The notes below the pieces were generated by a model. It saw only the letters and a list, made by a program, of their open reading frames with translations. It did no database searches and had not been told where the DNA came from. A DNA stretch of 64,000 nucleotides from Oculatellaceae cyanobacterium bins.114 (GTDB taxonomy: Bacteria > Cyanobacteriota > Cyanobacteriia > Elainellales > Elainellaceae): NCBI GenBank assembly GCA_033764315.1, contig JANRJA010000065.1, forward strand, positions 21,794 to 85,793, given 5' to 3'. A program made the translations under genes and the position numbers. This document shows, piece after piece, positions 37,719 through 48,615 of this stretch; the first letter of the stretch is position 1, and every line of letters starts with the position of its first letter.

Positions 37719-40217
37719 ATGGATTACCTTAATTTAGGTTGTGGCTATCATTTTCACCCCAATTGGACTAATATTGACTTCATTTCAACTGGTGAAGGAG
37801 TAATAGCCCATAATCTGCGGCAAGGTATTCCATTCCCCGATGCTTCCTTTGATGTGGTTTACCACTCTCATGTTTTAGAGCATTTTGCCAAGGAAGAAGC
37901 CAAGCAATTTTTGTACGAGTGTCATCGTGTTTTACGTCCCAAAGGGCAAATTCGGGTGGTTGTCCCCGATCTAGAGCAGATTGCTCGTCTCTACCTCAAG
38001 GCTCTTGAAGAAGCCAGTCAAGGCTCACAGGAATGGGCTGCAAACTATGACTGGTTGATGCTGGAAATGTATGACCAGACAGTCCGCAATCGGTCTGGCG
38101 GTGATATGGCTGTTTATCTCGCTCAAGAGGAGATTCCTAATGAGAAGTTTGTCATCGAACGGATTGGGGCTGAAGGCGAAAATTTAATTAAGTTGTTACG
38201 TCCACAACGCCAGCAAATCCTGTCAAATCTTAGGGCAACTCATTCATCAAAAACGCCTGAAGACATTGCTAAAGAGATTGGTCAGTTTCGACTCGGTGGT
38301 GAAGTGCATCAATGGATGTACGATCGCTATTCTTTGTCATCATTGTTGGCAAAAGCTGGATTTACTGATGTTAGAGTTTGCAAGCCAAATGAGTCTAACA
38401 TTCCTAATTTTGATGATTATAGGCTTGATGTAGAACCAAGTGGTCGAGTTCGTAAGCCTGATTCTTTGTTTGTAGAGGCGATCGCCTCTCGTCCTAATCT
38501 TTGGAGACAACAATTTAACGTTAATCGTGCTCACAATTTTGTCTCTGCCCCACTTAAAATCATTCAAGCTAATACGGTAGATTTTGGTGGAGGTGCTGCC
38601 AGAGCTGCTTATCGGCTCCACAAAGGATTGAATAAGATTGGCCATCAGTCATTGATGTTGGTTAACAATAAACAATCGTTTGATGACACCGTATCTGCCG
38701 TTAAGCCAATTCATCGCGATGGGGATTCTAACCGCAAGCTGATTTCAATTCTTCAGAAAAATTATATCGATTCCAATAGAACTCCGATCTCTAACACATT
38801 GTTTTCCTTTCCCTATCCTGGGTTTAATTTAAGTCAACTTGATGAATTGCTTGAAGCAGATGTTATTAATCTACATTGGGTTACACAATTTCAATCTCCA
38901 CTAACGATCAAACAACTTATTGGATTGCAGAAACCTATTGTTTGGACGCTTCATGACATGTGGGCGTTCACAGGGGGATGCCACTATACGGCGGGTTGCA
39001 CAAAATACACTTCTGATTGTATTGATTGTCCCCAATTAAAGGAAGATCCCCATAATTTAGCGGCTGCAATTTTGGCAGATAAAATTGCAAGCCTTGCAGA
39101 TGCTCATTTAACAATTGTTACTCCTAGCCATTGGTTGGCAGAGTGTGCTAAGCAAAGCCAACTATTTAAACATCAACGGATTGAAGTCATCCCTAATTCG
39201 CTTGAAACAGATGTTTTTGTACCTGTAGACAAAGCAAAAGCAAGAGAATTGTTGAGGTTAGAAGCAAATATTTTTACATTACTAATTGGGGCTGATAATG
39301 GTAACGAACGCCGAAAAGGCTTCATGGATCTCTTGAATGCTCTAAGGCTTTGTCTGAAATCAAATCAATTCCAAAATATGGCACAACAAAACAAAGTTCA
39401 ACTCCTTTGTTTTGGCTTACCAAATGAAGAGTTAAAATCCTTAAATATTCCATTAAAAAGCTTTGGTCGTGTTGACTCTGATGAAATACTGAAACTGATT
39501 TATTCCGCCGCAGATATTTTTGTTCTACCGTCATTGGAAGACAATTTGCCCAATACGATGTTAGAGGCAATGAGCTGTGGCACACCTGTTGTTGCTTATG
39601 ATGTTGGGGGTATTCCAGACTTGGTAAAGGAAGGAGTGACAGGTCGTTTGGTCCGACTAGAAGATACCTCGCATTTGGCTGAAGTGATCCTGGAATGCTC
39701 CTCTTCCCCAGGGGATCTTCAAAAGATGGGCAAACAATGTCGCCAATTAATTGAAGCGGAGTATGGCTTAGAGTCGCAGGCAAAACGATATCTGGAGCTT
39801 TATCAAGATTTGCTTGGAAAACGAGATTTTGCGTCACCTGTAGAGCAGGTAGGCATTTTGTCGAATGGAAATGATTCAAAGCGATCGAATCATCTCAACC
39901 CGCAAACTATCTCGGTTGCAGTTCCTCTGGAAACAATGTTTGCAACCCTCGACAACCCAACCTTTGAACGAGCCTCCCTTAAAGCGGCTCTCATGGAAAT
40001 GGAGTTGATGCGATCGCTCCCCACCCATACTGACTCTCAAGAGCCACCACAGCCAGCCCAAGCTAAGTTACAAAAAGTGAGAACGCAATTAAAGTCATCG
40101 CAAGAAAAGATTCAAGAATTGCAAGCAGAAGTGGAGGCAATGAAAACGAGTAAATTTTGGAAATTGCGGAGTTTGTGGTTTAAGTTGAAAGGTCTTGTAG
40201 GCTTACGGCAGGATTGA
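37719..40217 (+). CDS. Methyltransferase + GT4 (WcaC-like) glycosyltransferase + coiled coil/tag
   Basis: LNLGCG, HSHVLEH; GGAARAAYRLH, WTLHDMW, EDNLPNTMLEAMSCG. Confidence 0.87.
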   Translation: MDYLNLGCGYHFHPNWTNIDFISTGEGVIAHNLRQGIPFPDASFDVVYHSHVLEHFAKEEAKQFLYECHRVLRPKGQIRVVVPDLEQIARLYLKALEEASQGSQEWAANYDWLMLEMYDQTVRNRSGGDMAVYLAQEEIPNEKFVIERIGAEGENLIKLLRPQRQQILSNLRATHSSKTPEDIAKEIGQFRLGGEVHQWMYDRYSLSSLLAKAGFTDVRVCKPNESNIPNFDDYRLDVEPSGRVRKPDSLFVEAIASRPNLWRQQFNVNRAHNFVSAPLKIIQANTVDFGGGAARAAYRLHKGLNKIGHQSLMLVNNKQSFDDTVSAVKPIHRDGDSNRKLISILQKNYIDSNRTPISNTLFSFPYPGFNLSQLDELLEADVINLHWVTQFQSPLTIKQLIGLQKPIVWTLHDMWAFTGGCHYTAGCTKYTSDCIDCPQLKEDPHNLAAAILADKIASLADAHLTIVTPSHWLAECAKQSQLFKHQRIEVIPNSLETDVFVPVDKAKARELLRLEANIFTLLIGADNGNERRKGFMDLLNALRLCLKSNQFQNMAQQNKVQLLCFGLPNEELKSLNIPLKSFGRVDSDEILKLIYSAADIFVLPSLEDNLPNTMLEAMSCGTPVVAYDVGGIPDLVKEGVTGRLVRLEDTSHLAEVILECSSSPGDLQKMGKQCRQLIEAEYGLESQAKRYLELYQDLLGKRDFASPVEQVGILSNGNDSKRSNHLNPQTISVAVPLETMFATLDNPTFERASLKAALMEMELMRSLPTHTDSQEPPQPAQAKLQKVRTQLKSSQEKIQELQAEVEAMKTSKFWKLRSLWFKLKGLVGLRQD

Positions 40218-40226
40218 GAACTGTTC

Positions 40227-41195
40227 ATGAAGATCTCGATTATCACAGTTTGTAGAAACTCGGAAGCCTACATCGAGAAGGCTATCAAAAGTGTGCTCTC
40301 TCAGACCTATAATCAGATTGAATATATTGTCGTAGATGGTGCCTCTACAGACAAAACGGTTGATATTATTTCCCAATACGCAAAATCAATACAAAAATTT
40401 GTTAGTGAGCCAGATTCAGGCATCTATCAAGCCATGAACAAAGGGCTTTGCATGGCTACTGGCTCCTATATTTATTTTTTGAATTCAGATGATTATTTAG
40501 TAGATGATGTCGTCATTGAGGATGTTGTCGCTTTTCTCCATAAAAACCCTTTCTGTCACATTTTGTATGGAGATCTTGAGGTCAGAAATGCATCCGGTAA
40601 GACTAAAATTTTTAAGCCACCTGCTCCACGGCATATCAAAGATTTCATGATTTATGGGAGTATGCCGCATCAGGCAACTTTTGCCAGTGCTGAGGTATTT
40701 GCAAGATTGGGTCTTTTTAATGAGTGCTATAAAGCTGTCGCAGATGCGGAATGGTACTTAAAGATGCTGTCCGATGACAGCATCCATTGGTGTTACTACC
40801 CTCGAATCATTGCATCCTATTATTTAGAAGGTTTTTCAGCCAGAGATGTACGTTCAATTAGAGTAGAATTTTGGGAAGTTCAAAACAATGCATCGCTCTA
40901 TCAAACAAATGATTGGCTAAAAGCTCGAATTAAAAAATTTCAGACTGTAATTACCGATTTTGAGGAACAGCTCGAAACTCAAAAGTATGTTTCTGAGCAA
41001 GCCCAAGAGCTAGTACAATCCCTCAACAAAGCTCGACAACAAGTAAATCACTTAGAAACAGAACTAAAACTCACTCAAGAGGAGCTAAACACCGCTAAAG
41101 AGCGGATTTTCGCCATGGAAACTAGCAAATTTTGGAAGCTAAGAAAACAATGGTTTCAAATTAAAAAGAGATTAGGGTTACCCCTGAATGAATAG
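40227..41195 (+). CDS. GT2 glycosyltransferase + coiled coil/tag
   Basis: KISIITV, VDGASTD, GIYQAMNKG, FLNSDD, PHQATF. Confidence 0.9.
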   Translation: MKISIITVCRNSEAYIEKAIKSVLSQTYNQIEYIVVDGASTDKTVDIISQYAKSIQKFVSEPDSGIYQAMNKGLCMATGSYIYFLNSDDYLVDDVVIEDVVAFLHKNPFCHILYGDLEVRNASGKTKIFKPPAPRHIKDFMIYGSMPHQATFASAEVFARLGLFNECYKAVADAEWYLKMLSDDSIHWCYYPRIIASYYLEGFSARDVRSIRVEFWEVQNNASLYQTNDWLKARIKKFQTVITDFEEQLETQKYVSEQAQELVQSLNKARQQVNHLETELKLTQEELNTAKERIFAMETSKFWKLRKQWFQIKKRLGLPLNE

Positions 41196-41220
41196 ATCTT
41201 GAAAAGTGTTTTAATCCTTA

Positions 41221-42453
41221 GTGAGAATTGATCCTGAAGTTATGATCGAGACGATTACAGATCAGGTTGCTACTAATCAATTAATGGGTTCCTCCGTCGA
41301 TCAACCCTTAGTATCGGTCGTGATGCCCTGTCTTAACGAAGAAAAGGCGATCGCCAGTTGTATTCAAAAGATTCAAACTGCTTTTTCGACGGCAGGGGTC
41401 GTGGGTGAGATTGTTGTAGCTGACAATGGCTCGACAGATAACTCAATCGCGATCGCTGAAAAAATGGGTGCCCGTGTTGTGCATCAACCCCTGCGCGGCT
41501 ATGGTAATGCTTATATCAAAGGATTTAGTCATGCCAAAGGTGACTACCTAATCATGGGGGACGCGGATGACACTTATGACTTCCTACAAATTCCTCAATT
41601 CTTGGACTGTCTTCGCAATCGTGGCTATGATTTTGTAACAGGCAGTCGGTATCTTCAAGGTGGACAGAGTACAATTCCTGTCCTGCACCGTCTGTTTGGC
41701 AATCCGGCTTTAACTGCACTCCTGAACTTTTTGTTTGGAACCAAATATACCGATGTTTATTGCGGTTTTCGGGGCTTTACTCGTCAAGCTTATGATTTAA
41801 TTCAACCTGTCAGCCCAGGGATGGAATTCAACTTAGAGTTGGCGATTAATGCCGGACTAACACGTCTCAATATTACTGAAATTCCAATTCGGCTCCATCC
41901 GCGCAAAGGCGAGTCCAAATTGCGGACTTTTCGGGATGGTTGGCGCAGCTTAAGAATGATGCTTATTTATTGCCCTAATAAAGTTTTTCTTTTGCCCGGA
42001 TTGTTTTTATTAATTTTGGGTCTTCTAATTCATGCGATTGTTTTGTTAAATTTGATGAAATATCAGGATCGATCAGTCGGGGCGGTAACCAGTGTTTTTG
42101 CAACGATTTTTAGTGTGGTTGGGTTTGAAGTACTAAGCCTTGGCTTACATGTTAAAACCTATTCATGGAGTCGTCGTTTTGATCGCGATAATGCTTTACT
42201 CAAATATTTTTATCAATTTTTTACTCTAGAAATTGGATTGCTAACTGGATTTGTAACCGCAGCGATTGGTGGTTTGATATTGATTCGACAAGTCGTTGCG
42301 TGGCTCAATTCAAATCTCACTTTTATTCCCAATTCAGGCTGGACTTCTTTTGCAGCAACTCTCACGATTATTGGGTTGGGAACTATTTTCTCGTCTCTAT
42401 TTATTTCAGCAATGTCTATGAAAAAGATAGAGGCATACGATCAGCAACTGTAA
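41221..42453 (+). CDS. GT2 polyprenol-phosphate glycosyltransferase (DPM1-like) with C-terminal TM helices
   Basis: PCLNEE, ADNGSTD, MGDADDTY, TGSR, GESKL. Confidence 0.87.
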   Translation: MRIDPEVMIETITDQVATNQLMGSSVDQPLVSVVMPCLNEEKAIASCIQKIQTAFSTAGVVGEIVVADNGSTDNSIAIAEKMGARVVHQPLRGYGNAYIKGFSHAKGDYLIMGDADDTYDFLQIPQFLDCLRNRGYDFVTGSRYLQGGQSTIPVLHRLFGNPALTALLNFLFGTKYTDVYCGFRGFTRQAYDLIQPVSPGMEFNLELAINAGLTRLNITEIPIRLHPRKGESKLRTFRDGWRSLRMMLIYCPNKVFLLPGLFLLILGLLIHAIVLLNLMKYQDRSVGAVTSVFATIFSVVGFEVLSLGLHVKTYSWSRRFDRDNALLKYFYQFFTLEIGLLTGFVTAAIGGLILIRQVVAWLNSNLTFIPNSGWTSFAATLTIIGLGTIFSSLFISAMSMKKIEAYDQQL

Positions 42454-42493
42454 GTAAATTAGAGTTTGTTTGTAATGGGAAGTGGAGTGTGTT

Positions 42494-43555
42494 ATGCCTA
42501 CCGTTTTGATTACAGGTTCCGCAGGTTTAATTGGTTCTGAATCGGTTCGTTTTTTTGCCAATCTCGGATTTAATGTCATTGGCGTTGACAATGATATGCG
42601 GTCTTATTTCTTTGGAGAGTCTGCCTCCACTCAATGGAATCGAAATCTGCTCCAGGAAACCTATGGAGATAAGTATCATCATTACGATGCTGATATTCGC
42701 GATCGCGACAAAATTGAATCCATCTTCAAAGAATATTCCTCAGATATTTCTCTCATTATTCACACAGCGGCTCAACCCTCTCATGATTGGGCAGCCAGCG
42801 ATCCCCACATTGATTTCACAGTCAATGCAAACGGCACATTAGTGTTACTGGAAGCGACTCGTCAACACTGCCCCAATGCGGTTTTTATCTTTACCTCCAC
42901 CAATAAAGTGTATGGCGATACGCCTAACTTTTTACCGTTAGAGGAGTTAGAAACTCGCTGGGAAATTGCGGAAGATCATCCCTATTTCATTGGGATTGAT
43001 GAGTCCATGTCGATCGACAACTCCAAGCATTCCTTGTTTGGAGCCTCTAAAGTAGCGGCGGATGTTTTGGTGCAGGAGTATGGCAGATATTTTGATATGA
43101 AAACTGCCAGTTTTAGAGGAGGTTGTTTAACTGGACCTGCTCACTCTGGAGCCAAGCTGCATGGCTTTTTGGCATATCTGATGAAATGTATGATCACCGG
43201 GGATACTTACACCATTTTTGGCTATAAGGGAAAGCAGGTGCGAGATAACATTCACAGCTATGATTTGGTGAATGCGTTTTATCATGTCTACCAAAATCCT
43301 CGCTCTAGCGAAGTCTATAATATGGGCGGTTCTCGTCATAGTAACTGCTCTATGCTAGAGGCGATCGCCACCTGTGAAGCGATTTCAGGTAAGAAGCTCA
43401 ACTACGCCTATTCTGAAGACAATCGTTCTGGCGATCACATTTGGTATATTTCGGATGTTCGTAAGTTCCAATCTCACTATCCTCAGTGGCACTATAAATA
43501 TAATTTGCAAGACATTCTTGAAGATATTTATAACGCTCAAACGCAACGATTTTAG
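42494..43555 (+). CDS. NAD-dependent sugar epimerase (CDP-paratose 2-epimerase-like)
   Basis: [31 protein letters not shown]. Confidence 0.88.
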   Translation: MPTVLITGSAGLIGSESVRFFANLGFNVIGVDNDMRSYFFGESASTQWNRNLLQETYGDKYHHYDADIRDRDKIESIFKEYSSDISLIIHTAAQPSHDWAASDPHIDFTVNANGTLVLLEATRQHCPNAVFIFTSTNKVYGDTPNFLPLEELETRWEIAEDHPYFIGIDESMSIDNSKHSLFGASKVAADVLVQEYGRYFDMKTASFRGGCLTGPAHSGAKLHGFLAYLMKCMITGDTYTIFGYKGKQVRDNIHSYDLVNAFYHVYQNPRSSEVYNMGGSRHSNCSMLEAIATCEAISGKKLNYAYSEDNRSGDHIWYISDVRKFQSHYPQWHYKYNLQDILEDIYNAQTQRF

Positions 43556-45451
43556 ATGAGAATTGCGATTCAAAATCCATTTTCAGGGCAACAAGTTGCA
43601 GAAACTGAGCTGTCCAAAAGGTTCTATCATGCAGCTCTAAATTTGGGTTGGGAAGCAGCTGAAGTCTACACTTCTCAAGAGATTTGTGACTTTAAGCCAG
43701 ATTTTGTGATTGCACTGCACAATAACAGTCCTAAATTAGCAGGATTCCCTACCTATGGCTGTATGTGGAATCCGCTTTCTTTTTTTCAAGGGACTGAAAA
43801 ATATGTCAAACATGTACTCAGTTATGATGCCTATTTGACATCATCTTTACCCGTTGAACGGTGGCTACATCATCTTCTTCATCACACTCCAAAACGCTAT
43901 TTTACAGTTCCGTTTTATACCAGTTGTGCTCAAACGTCTTATCAAGTTCCACAACTCGATGCTCCTCGTTTGATCTATCTGGGATCGAATTGGGATATGC
44001 CTCGATTTCAGCCGTTATTTGAACAATTAGATCATCAACCTTATATGGAGGTGTATGGTAATCCATCGGGTTGGACACACCTAAAAACGGCTTATAAAGG
44101 GGCTTTACCCTATGATGGAACGAGTGTTTTTCAAGTTCTCAATCGATCCGGTGTTGGGTTGTGTTTGCATTGGGAAGAACACACTCGGTATGAGTTGCCT
44201 TCAATGCGGATTTTTGAAATTGTGGCATCTGGAGCGATCGCCATTTGTGGAGAGCATCCCTTTATTCGCGATGCCTTTGGTGATTCAGTGCTCTATTTAG
44301 ATTTAAGCTTGAGTATTGAGGCACAGGTTCAGCAAATCTCAGCGTATATGGAGTGGATTGAAGCCCATCCTCAGGAGGCGATCGCCCTCTCTCAAAAAGC
44401 CCACGCTATCTTTTTAAAGCACTATACATTAGAAAAGTTACTGTTAGATATTGTTCCCCATCATCAACAGTTGCTTCAGACCAAAGGATTCATTCAGCCC
44501 CTTTCAATCGCTTCTAACCCTCAGGTTGAATTTGTTGTCAATATATCGTCTGAGTCCATTGAGCTAAGTCGGAAAACCTTTGAGAGTCTAGCAAAACAGA
44601 GCTACGGAAATATTGGGGTCATTGCGATCGCAGACACCACTCCTGACGTCTTGAACTTATGTGATAGCTATCAATCAACGTTTCCCATTCAGATGATTGA
44701 GCCTGCCCCAAATGAACTGTACAGCAGCGGTTTATGGAGGGGTTTAAATGCAATCAAGGCAGATTATTTTGCCGTTTTAGGTCAGGCTACTTTACAACCC
44801 AATCATACGGCAAACTTAGTTGCTCTGTTAGAAAGAAATGTGGTTTTTGGAGCCGCTTATGTTGGGGCATTGATGGCAGATGAAAAACGATTAAACGCCT
44901 CTGAACAGCATATTTCTCCACTCATTAACTTCCATCCATTTGACCTAGATAAGCTGCTTCTATTTGACCCAATGATCACATTAGATGGGTTAATCGTGCG
45001 GCGATCGCTTCTTGATTCAATCCTATTCTCTGATCCTCTGTTGAATGAGTGTGTCGATCTGTGTCTGCTGCTGCATTTTGCTCAACAAACTCGATTTCTG
45101 TTTAGCTATGAAGCGACCTGTGAAATTCATGGCAGTCCACAACAAACGACTCAATCTATCTTTGAACAAAGCCGAGATTGGTTTACGGAAGCTTCTCGGT
45201 TGCGATTAATCTTTTGGTATCAAGAATTTGCACCGGGTAAAAGTCTGCAAACGGTTCATCAAACCTACTTAAACCAACAGCGACTGCAAACAAAACTAGA
45301 GCAATCGCAGGCTGAACTGAGGCGATCGCAAGAGCAATTACACGATGCCCACGCTGTGATTACAGCGATGGAAACCAGCAAGTTTTGGAAACTTAGGGCT
45401 GCCTGGTTTAAGCTCAAACGAGCGATTGGCTTGCCCACAGAGCATGAATAA
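43556..45451 (+). CDS. Two-domain glycosyltransferase + coiled coil/tag
   Basis: GT-B-like YLGSNWD...PSMRIFEIVASGA; degenerate GT2-like second half; AMETSKFWKLR. Confidence 0.75.
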   Translation: MRIAIQNPFSGQQVAETELSKRFYHAALNLGWEAAEVYTSQEICDFKPDFVIALHNNSPKLAGFPTYGCMWNPLSFFQGTEKYVKHVLSYDAYLTSSLPVERWLHHLLHHTPKRYFTVPFYTSCAQTSYQVPQLDAPRLIYLGSNWDMPRFQPLFEQLDHQPYMEVYGNPSGWTHLKTAYKGALPYDGTSVFQVLNRSGVGLCLHWEEHTRYELPSMRIFEIVASGAIAICGEHPFIRDAFGDSVLYLDLSLSIEAQVQQISAYMEWIEAHPQEAIALSQKAHAIFLKHYTLEKLLLDIVPHHQQLLQTKGFIQPLSIASNPQVEFVVNISSESIELSRKTFESLAKQSYGNIGVIAIADTTPDVLNLCDSYQSTFPIQMIEPAPNELYSSGLWRGLNAIKADYFAVLGQATLQPNHTANLVALLERNVVFGAAYVGALMADEKRLNASEQHISPLINFHPFDLDKLLLFDPMITLDGLIVRRSLLDSILFSDPLLNECVDLCLLLHFAQQTRFLFSYEATCEIHGSPQQTTQSIFEQSRDWFTEASRLRLIFWYQEFAPGKSLQTVHQTYLNQQRLQTKLEQSQAELRRSQEQLHDAHAVITAMETSKFWKLRAAWFKLKRAIGLPTEHE

Positions 45452-45504
45452 TGTGGCATTCTATAGGGTGGCTTCTGCCTGTCAACCCTTGGTGAGATCT
45501 CCCC

Positions 45505-47931
45505 ATGCCGTTTCCCCTTCAAGACCCCTATTGGATGCAGGCGCGATCGTTTTTGGAACGACATGCTCAACCCTTAGATGCCATTCTTGCGCCGAATGAA
45601 TTTTTAGAGTTTTTTCCCGGCACGTATCACTACAACATCACCTATTTGTTGCCTGCTCGTCACTTTGACTTTGTCGTATTTCACAAGGCAATGTTGACCG
45701 AAATTGAGTTACCTCTAGCGTCAGCCGTCGTCAAACAATTTCGTCCGGTTTTTGCCAATGAAGTATTTGTAATTTACGCTCAACAGTCGTCAGTTCGTAT
45801 TCCCAAAGAAGACGAGATTCATGTTCAAGCCTTACTAGAGCAAATCTCATTTAACGAGGCGCAACAACGGAGTCAGGTCAAGGTTGAGAAGTGCGCGATT
45901 ACGGTTACGACTTACAATCGCCCTCATAGTTTAGAGCGATCGCTGCCTCAGTTTTTAGCCCTCAATGTTCCAATCGTGGTGGTAGATGATGCCTCCACCC
46001 CAGAAAATGCTCAGGCTAACCAGCAGATTACAGAGCAACACCATATTCCTTTGATTCGTATCCCTGAAAACCGGGGGTTGCCCAATGCTATCAATGTAGG
46101 CATCGGCTATTGGTTGGCTGATCCTGAGATCACCTGGATTTCTTACTGCCAAGATGATGTCGATGTTACCCCAGATCTGTTCAAGATTTTGGCAGAGGTG
46201 CAGGATCGAGATGAACGTCCGTTGCTGACGGGGCGAGATGCCTTGGAGCACCCCACCGTGAGAATAGAAGATATTGCGGGTCATCGTGTGTTGCTCAAGC
46301 GATCGATGCCGGGGCAACACTTGCATGCTCATCGCGATTACTGGAGTGCTGTTTTGCCAATTCCCACCCCCTATTTGGGTGCACCTAAACCCGACAAAGG
46401 CAAACCAGGTCAGGGGGCAGATGAAGATTGGTGGATTACGGCTTGGGCACCTAACTCAATTACAAAGCAGGGTAAGTATGTCGTGTGCATTCCTGGCTTA
46501 GTGCAGACGTTTCGTCCGATGGCCGAAGACTCTACATGGGGCAACGTCAGTGAACGGCCTGCACCCGAACCTGTGGTTTATGCAACTCCTACTCCGGTTA
46601 ACACAAAACCCACCTTTAAACCCGAACAGACCTTAAATGGATTGCACGTCCTTATTGATGGGTATAACTTGCAATTGACGAGTGGAACAGGCATCAAAAC
46701 CTATGGTACAAGTTTGGTTCAGGCGTTGAGTTTGTTAGAGGCAAATGTTGATGTTTTGCTTAGCCGCAATAGCAGCAAAGTCAATGCAGTTTTGGATGAG
46801 GTTTTGTTTTTTGACGACCAAACCAAACGCCCCAATCGAATTGTAGATATCCTCAATATTGCTAAGGGATTGATTCGATCTTCGTTGGGTCCTTTTTATC
46901 AAGCCAAACGCCGCAAAACGATTGGGCAATTAGTAATTAAACAAGGCAGGTTTAGTGATGACTTTTTGAAGTATGCAGAGTCATTTAACCTGCCTCAATG
47001 TTATGACGTGGCCAATGCAATTTATAAATACCTGCATCGTGAAACAGAGATTTATGTTCCTGAAAAGGTTGATATTTGGCATGCTACGTATCCTCTGCCA
47101 ATTCAAGTGCGAGGAGCTAAAAAAATTACAACAATGCATGATTTGATTCCACTGCGCTTACCTTACACAACACTGGATGATAAAGAGGTTTTCTATTTCA
47201 AGACGCAATCTGCGTTAAAAGATTCGGCTGTCATTATCTCGGTTTCAGAGCATACCAAGCGAGATTTGTTGACGTATTTTGATACGGATCCCGATAAGAT
47301 TGTCGTGACCTATCAACCTCCGGTGTTGGAGCCATTTACACCTGAAGAAGAAGAGAAAACTGAGGAATTTTTGCAACGATTTAAGCTTGCCCCTGAGGGA
47401 TACATTTTATTTGTTGGGGCGATCGAACCTAAGAAAAACTTAGGACGATTGTTGGAGGCTTATGCCACGATTGACACCGATATGCCGCTCGTAGTTGTAG
47501 GTAAAAAAGCCTGGTCTTGGGAAGAAGAATTGGGCAAGATGCAATACCTTTTTGATAAAGACTCCAAGCGTCAGGTGAAGATGTTGGAGTATGTTTCAAC
47601 GAATAGTTTGCGCTATCTCTATCGCGGAGCCTATTGCTTTGTCTTTCCATCGTTGTATGAAGGGTTTGGGCTGCCTCCAGTTGAGGCAATGACGTTTGGT
47701 TGTCCAGTCGTGACATCGCAAGTCTCATCGTTACCTGAAGTGTGTGGCAGTGGGGCGTTATATGTTGACCCCTACGATGTGGCTGACATTAAAGCCAAGA
47801 TTGAGCAACTGTTGGGCGATCGCGAATTGCGTCAACAACTGTCGATCAATGCTCGCAAGAATGCGGAGTTCTTTAGCATGGAGAACTATACAAAGCGGCT
47901 ATACAACGCCTATCGTCAAGCAATCGAGTAA
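45505..47931 (+). CDS. GT2 + GT4 bifunctional glycosyltransferase
   Basis: TTYNRP, VVDDAS, QDD; TMHDLIP, VGAIEPKKN, FPSLYEGFGLPPVEAM. Confidence 0.88.
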   Translation: MPFPLQDPYWMQARSFLERHAQPLDAILAPNEFLEFFPGTYHYNITYLLPARHFDFVVFHKAMLTEIELPLASAVVKQFRPVFANEVFVIYAQQSSVRIPKEDEIHVQALLEQISFNEAQQRSQVKVEKCAITVTTYNRPHSLERSLPQFLALNVPIVVVDDASTPENAQANQQITEQHHIPLIRIPENRGLPNAINVGIGYWLADPEITWISYCQDDVDVTPDLFKILAEVQDRDERPLLTGRDALEHPTVRIEDIAGHRVLLKRSMPGQHLHAHRDYWSAVLPIPTPYLGAPKPDKGKPGQGADEDWWITAWAPNSITKQGKYVVCIPGLVQTFRPMAEDSTWGNVSERPAPEPVVYATPTPVNTKPTFKPEQTLNGLHVLIDGYNLQLTSGTGIKTYGTSLVQALSLLEANVDVLLSRNSSKVNAVLDEVLFFDDQTKRPNRIVDILNIAKGLIRSSLGPFYQAKRRKTIGQLVIKQGRFSDDFLKYAESFNLPQCYDVANAIYKYLHRETEIYVPEKVDIWHATYPLPIQVRGAKKITTMHDLIPLRLPYTTLDDKEVFYFKTQSALKDSAVIISVSEHTKRDLLTYFDTDPDKIVVTYQPPVLEPFTPEEEEKTEEFLQRFKLAPEGYILFVGAIEPKKNLGRLLEAYATIDTDMPLVVVGKKAWSWEEELGKMQYLFDKDSKRQVKMLEYVSTNSLRYLYRGAYCFVFPSLYEGFGLPPVEAMTFGCPVVTSQVSSLPEVCGSGALYVDPYDVADIKAKIEQLLGDRELRQQLSINARKNAEFFSMENYTKRLYNAYRQAIE

Positions 47932-47952
47932 ATTACAACAGTCCTAAGTTTT

Positions 47953-48357
47953 CTAGGGCTGTCGCCAATTTTCGGTTTGCAAACCAGGAACTCGATCAAA
48001 TTCTCGTTGGTTGGCAGTTACCATAACGAGCTGATGTTGGAGTGCAGTAGCAGCGATCAACACATCATAAGCACCGATCGGCTGTCCTTGGGCTTTGAGA
48101 ATGACACGAATTTGAGCGGCTTGTTCTGCTTCTAAACCACTAAACCGAAGAATCGTGATGGAAGAAAGAAGGCTGGCGATCGTGGGTTCAATTTTTTGGG
48201 CGCGTTGCGGATTGAGTGCCAAACCGTATCGCAACTCCATGACGGTAACGACTGAGACAGCAATATCAGCGGGTGGCGTTTGCTTGAGTCTGGCTAGAGT
48301 TCCTGGTTCACCTTTAATGAAATCGCTGATGACGCAAGTATCGAGGAGATATTGCAT
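47953..48357 (-). CDS. vapC: PIN-domain toxin
   Basis: YLLDTCVISD, ELRYG, IGAYDVLIAATAL, VTAN.REF. Confidence 0.92.
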   Translation of the reverse strand: MQYLLDTCVISDFIKGEPGTLARLKQTPPADIAVSVVTVMELRYGLALNPQRAQKIEPTIASLLSSITILRFSGLEAEQAAQIRVILKAQGQPIGAYDVLIAATALQHQLVMVTANQREFDRVPGLQTENWRQP

Positions 48358-48599
48358 TAGAAGAGTTCCGGTTCGCGAGGTGACAACAGTTCCTCCCGGT
48401 AAGACTCAAATGCCGGAAAGTCAGGAATGCCTTCATAAGACAAGATAGTCTCCGACCATTGAGCATTGTCAAGAGATGACGTTTGAACTATTCGACGTAA
48501 GGCTTGCAGAATCAAGGTTTGTAATGGAACCTTGGATTGCGTCGCTTGACGGATCAAGTCTTGCTCCAGATCTGGTGGTAGGTCGATCGTGATTTGCAT
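48357..48599 (-). CDS. Probable cognate antitoxin
   Basis: 80-aa ORF (MQITIDLPPDLEQ) whose stop overlaps the vapC start. Confidence 0.75.
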   Translation of the reverse strand: MQITIDLPPDLEQDLIRQATQSKVPLQTLILQALRRIVQTSSLDNAQWSETILSYEGIPDFPAFESYREELLSPREPELF

Positions 48600-48615
48600 A
48601 AAATTCTCCCTGTTT

